DNA from: Antedon mediterranea
Taxonomy: Eukaryota > Animalia > Echinodermata
Length of the DNA: 64,000 nt
Direction of reading: 5' to 3'
Assembly (NCBI RefSeq): GCF_964355755.1
Contig: NC_092672.1
Coordinates: forward strand, 2,914,001-2,978,000
This document shows positions 62,299 through 64,000 of this stretch, piece by piece. The translations under genes were made by a program, and so were the position numbers. The notes beneath the pieces were generated by a model, which saw nothing but the letters and a program-made list of their open reading frames with translations, did not search any database and was not told where the DNA came from. Each line of letters opens with the position of its first letter. Position 1 is the first letter of the stretch.

Positions 62299-62406
62299 AT
62301 GGAGCGCCAAGCTAGTCGTCTTATACTTGGGTTTCTCTTAATTAGTCTCTTGGCAGCAGGCTGCCAGGCTGGTGATGACGATGATTTAGAATATCTAGAA
62401 GTTCAG
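62299..62406 (+). CDS. First coding exon of a secreted protein, probably a tandem MMP paralogue; continues beyond the window
   Basis: MERQASRLILGFLLISLLAAGCQA-GDDDDLEYLEVQ: signal peptide then a strong phase-0 CAG|GTAAGA donor, same layout as MMP exon 1; ATTGG box upstream (~62184). Confidence 0.7.
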
Positions 62407-64000
62407 GTAAGATTTAAAGCTACTTTTACACGACACTAAATCTTCGCCAAACATTTTGATCTAGTATATTTCATATACACGGAGCCTATCTTGCTCATCA
62501 ATATGAACTGTATTACTAATTGAGATACTGGCCTATAATTAGTTCATGTCCTGCCAAACCTTCTCAATGCCAAGTAATGAATAAATTAATTGTTGTTTCG
62601 TAATAATTGATATGCACAAAGTATAGTTTTCTTTTTGGAGAGGCACAAACACATTTAGAAAAAGGTTAAATAAATTGCTAATTGAAAGATAAACTAAAAA
62701 GAATGAAATAGATCAAGTATGAAAAGTAGAACCATGGAGAAATCAGTTATATGTTAAATCCTAACTGATTTCTCCATGGTAGAACGAAGTTCTATCTATT
62801 TTAAAATAGCGTTCCTATCTTGAAATCTGCAACTACAACTTTGACTTTAGAAGGTAAACCAGATAATCCATTAAGTGATCAAGTGAAGTGCAACATTTAA
62901 ATATGCCTATAATATATTTTTGCTGAGTAGTCTTGTGACGTTTAGTATCTTCCTGGCGCGTATGGTTTATATTCAAATCAATTTTATATTATACAATGCA
63001 ATTAAAATATGTTAATTCATAAGTAAGGAAGGTCTTACTGTCAAAAAGGACTGTTTAGACTAACTAAATAGTTGTTATATGTAAACATTACCGGAATTAG
63101 TTATGTTCTTAGTGAATATTTTGTTTGATGTTTCCTTGGTAAAGTGATGAAGGATATTGGATTAGTCACTACCAATTATAAGGTGTTTTAGTGACGATCA
63201 TTTCTATGACGCCATTAGTAATCTAGGCAACTATCGACATTTTTAGTTAACTGTTAAATTCTTAGCTTTATAAAACTAGTTTGGAAACTAAAAAACCGGC
63301 TTGAAATTTCGAATAGAATCAAATGGAAAACCAAAACTAACCAAGAAAACATTAAAACTAAAAGAACTGAATTGCTGCAAATAATACTGCAGTAAATGCA
63401 GCAATTTATTAACGTAAGGCGTGTCACGTGATTTGATGAGTAAGGCCTATAGTCGAAATTGTATGTAAGTTCGCAGATTGTAAGAATGTTAACTCGTCTT
63501 GGTAATCTACTTATGACGTCACTAGACAATACACAAAAGAAATTATTCATCTATAATTTTTACATAGCAGATACAGTATTATAATTCTTAGTCTAATTTG
63601 AAAGTAAAAAATTCGGAATACTAAACGAAAGTTGAAGATTAATTTCTTCTTATTCTGTTTTTTTTTTAAATATAAAATGTAAACATGTTAATTACATAAC
63701 AATAAGAAGCCTTGTACTCGATAATTAAGTTGATCTCTCAAGTGTGTCCAAGGTTGAGACGAATATTGGCAAGTTTGAAAAGTTTTCTTGCCAAAATTAT
63801 TCATCAACTTAAAAGTTTATATAGGTGACTCATAGCGTTCAAATTGGTCTTTTCCTGTCGTCCCCGCACACAGCTTACTCAATGCTACATTTCTATACCA
63901 ATCCATCAACCAATGAGATGCCAGGACATTTGAAATGAACTTTTAAAATAACAATGCTTGTAGGGGATTTGATTCATCTATATTGTCTACCAACTTAGCA

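Overview
AT-rich, intron-containing animal genomic DNA. A Deu/Nin-type SINE and the repeat landscape suggest a marine invertebrate, possibly an echinoderm (inference). Manual splicing gives five genes: the 5' part of an SRRM2/SRm300 (Srrm2/3/4, cwf21-domain) gene on - that runs off the left edge; a complete 11-exon THOC6 on +, divergent from SRRM2; a 3-coding-exon SLC45-family sugar transporter on -; a complete 8-exon secreted matrix metalloproteinase on + whose catalytic Glu is replaced by Leu ([11 protein letters not shown]); and the first exon of another secreted protein, probably a tandem MMP paralogue. Non-coding DNA is dense with MITEs, Helentron-type HINEs, Kolobok-like elements, a decayed Academ-like transposon with nested CR1 and Kolobok-like inserts, SINEs and minisatellites. 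The main oddities are: (1) the intact but probably inactive MMP; (2) a 3.25-kb foldback element that splits the SRRM2/THOC6 divergent promoter and carries two back-to-back Pol III-type units, one a tRNA-like cloverleaf fused to an unidentified ~150-nt structured RNA; (3) recurring tRNA-like cargo in non-autonomous DNA transposons; (4) a 27-nt SRRM2 microexon with a UGC motif before it; (5) SRRM2-THOC6-MMP linkage resembling human 16p13.3. All calls are by eye; no database searches were run.
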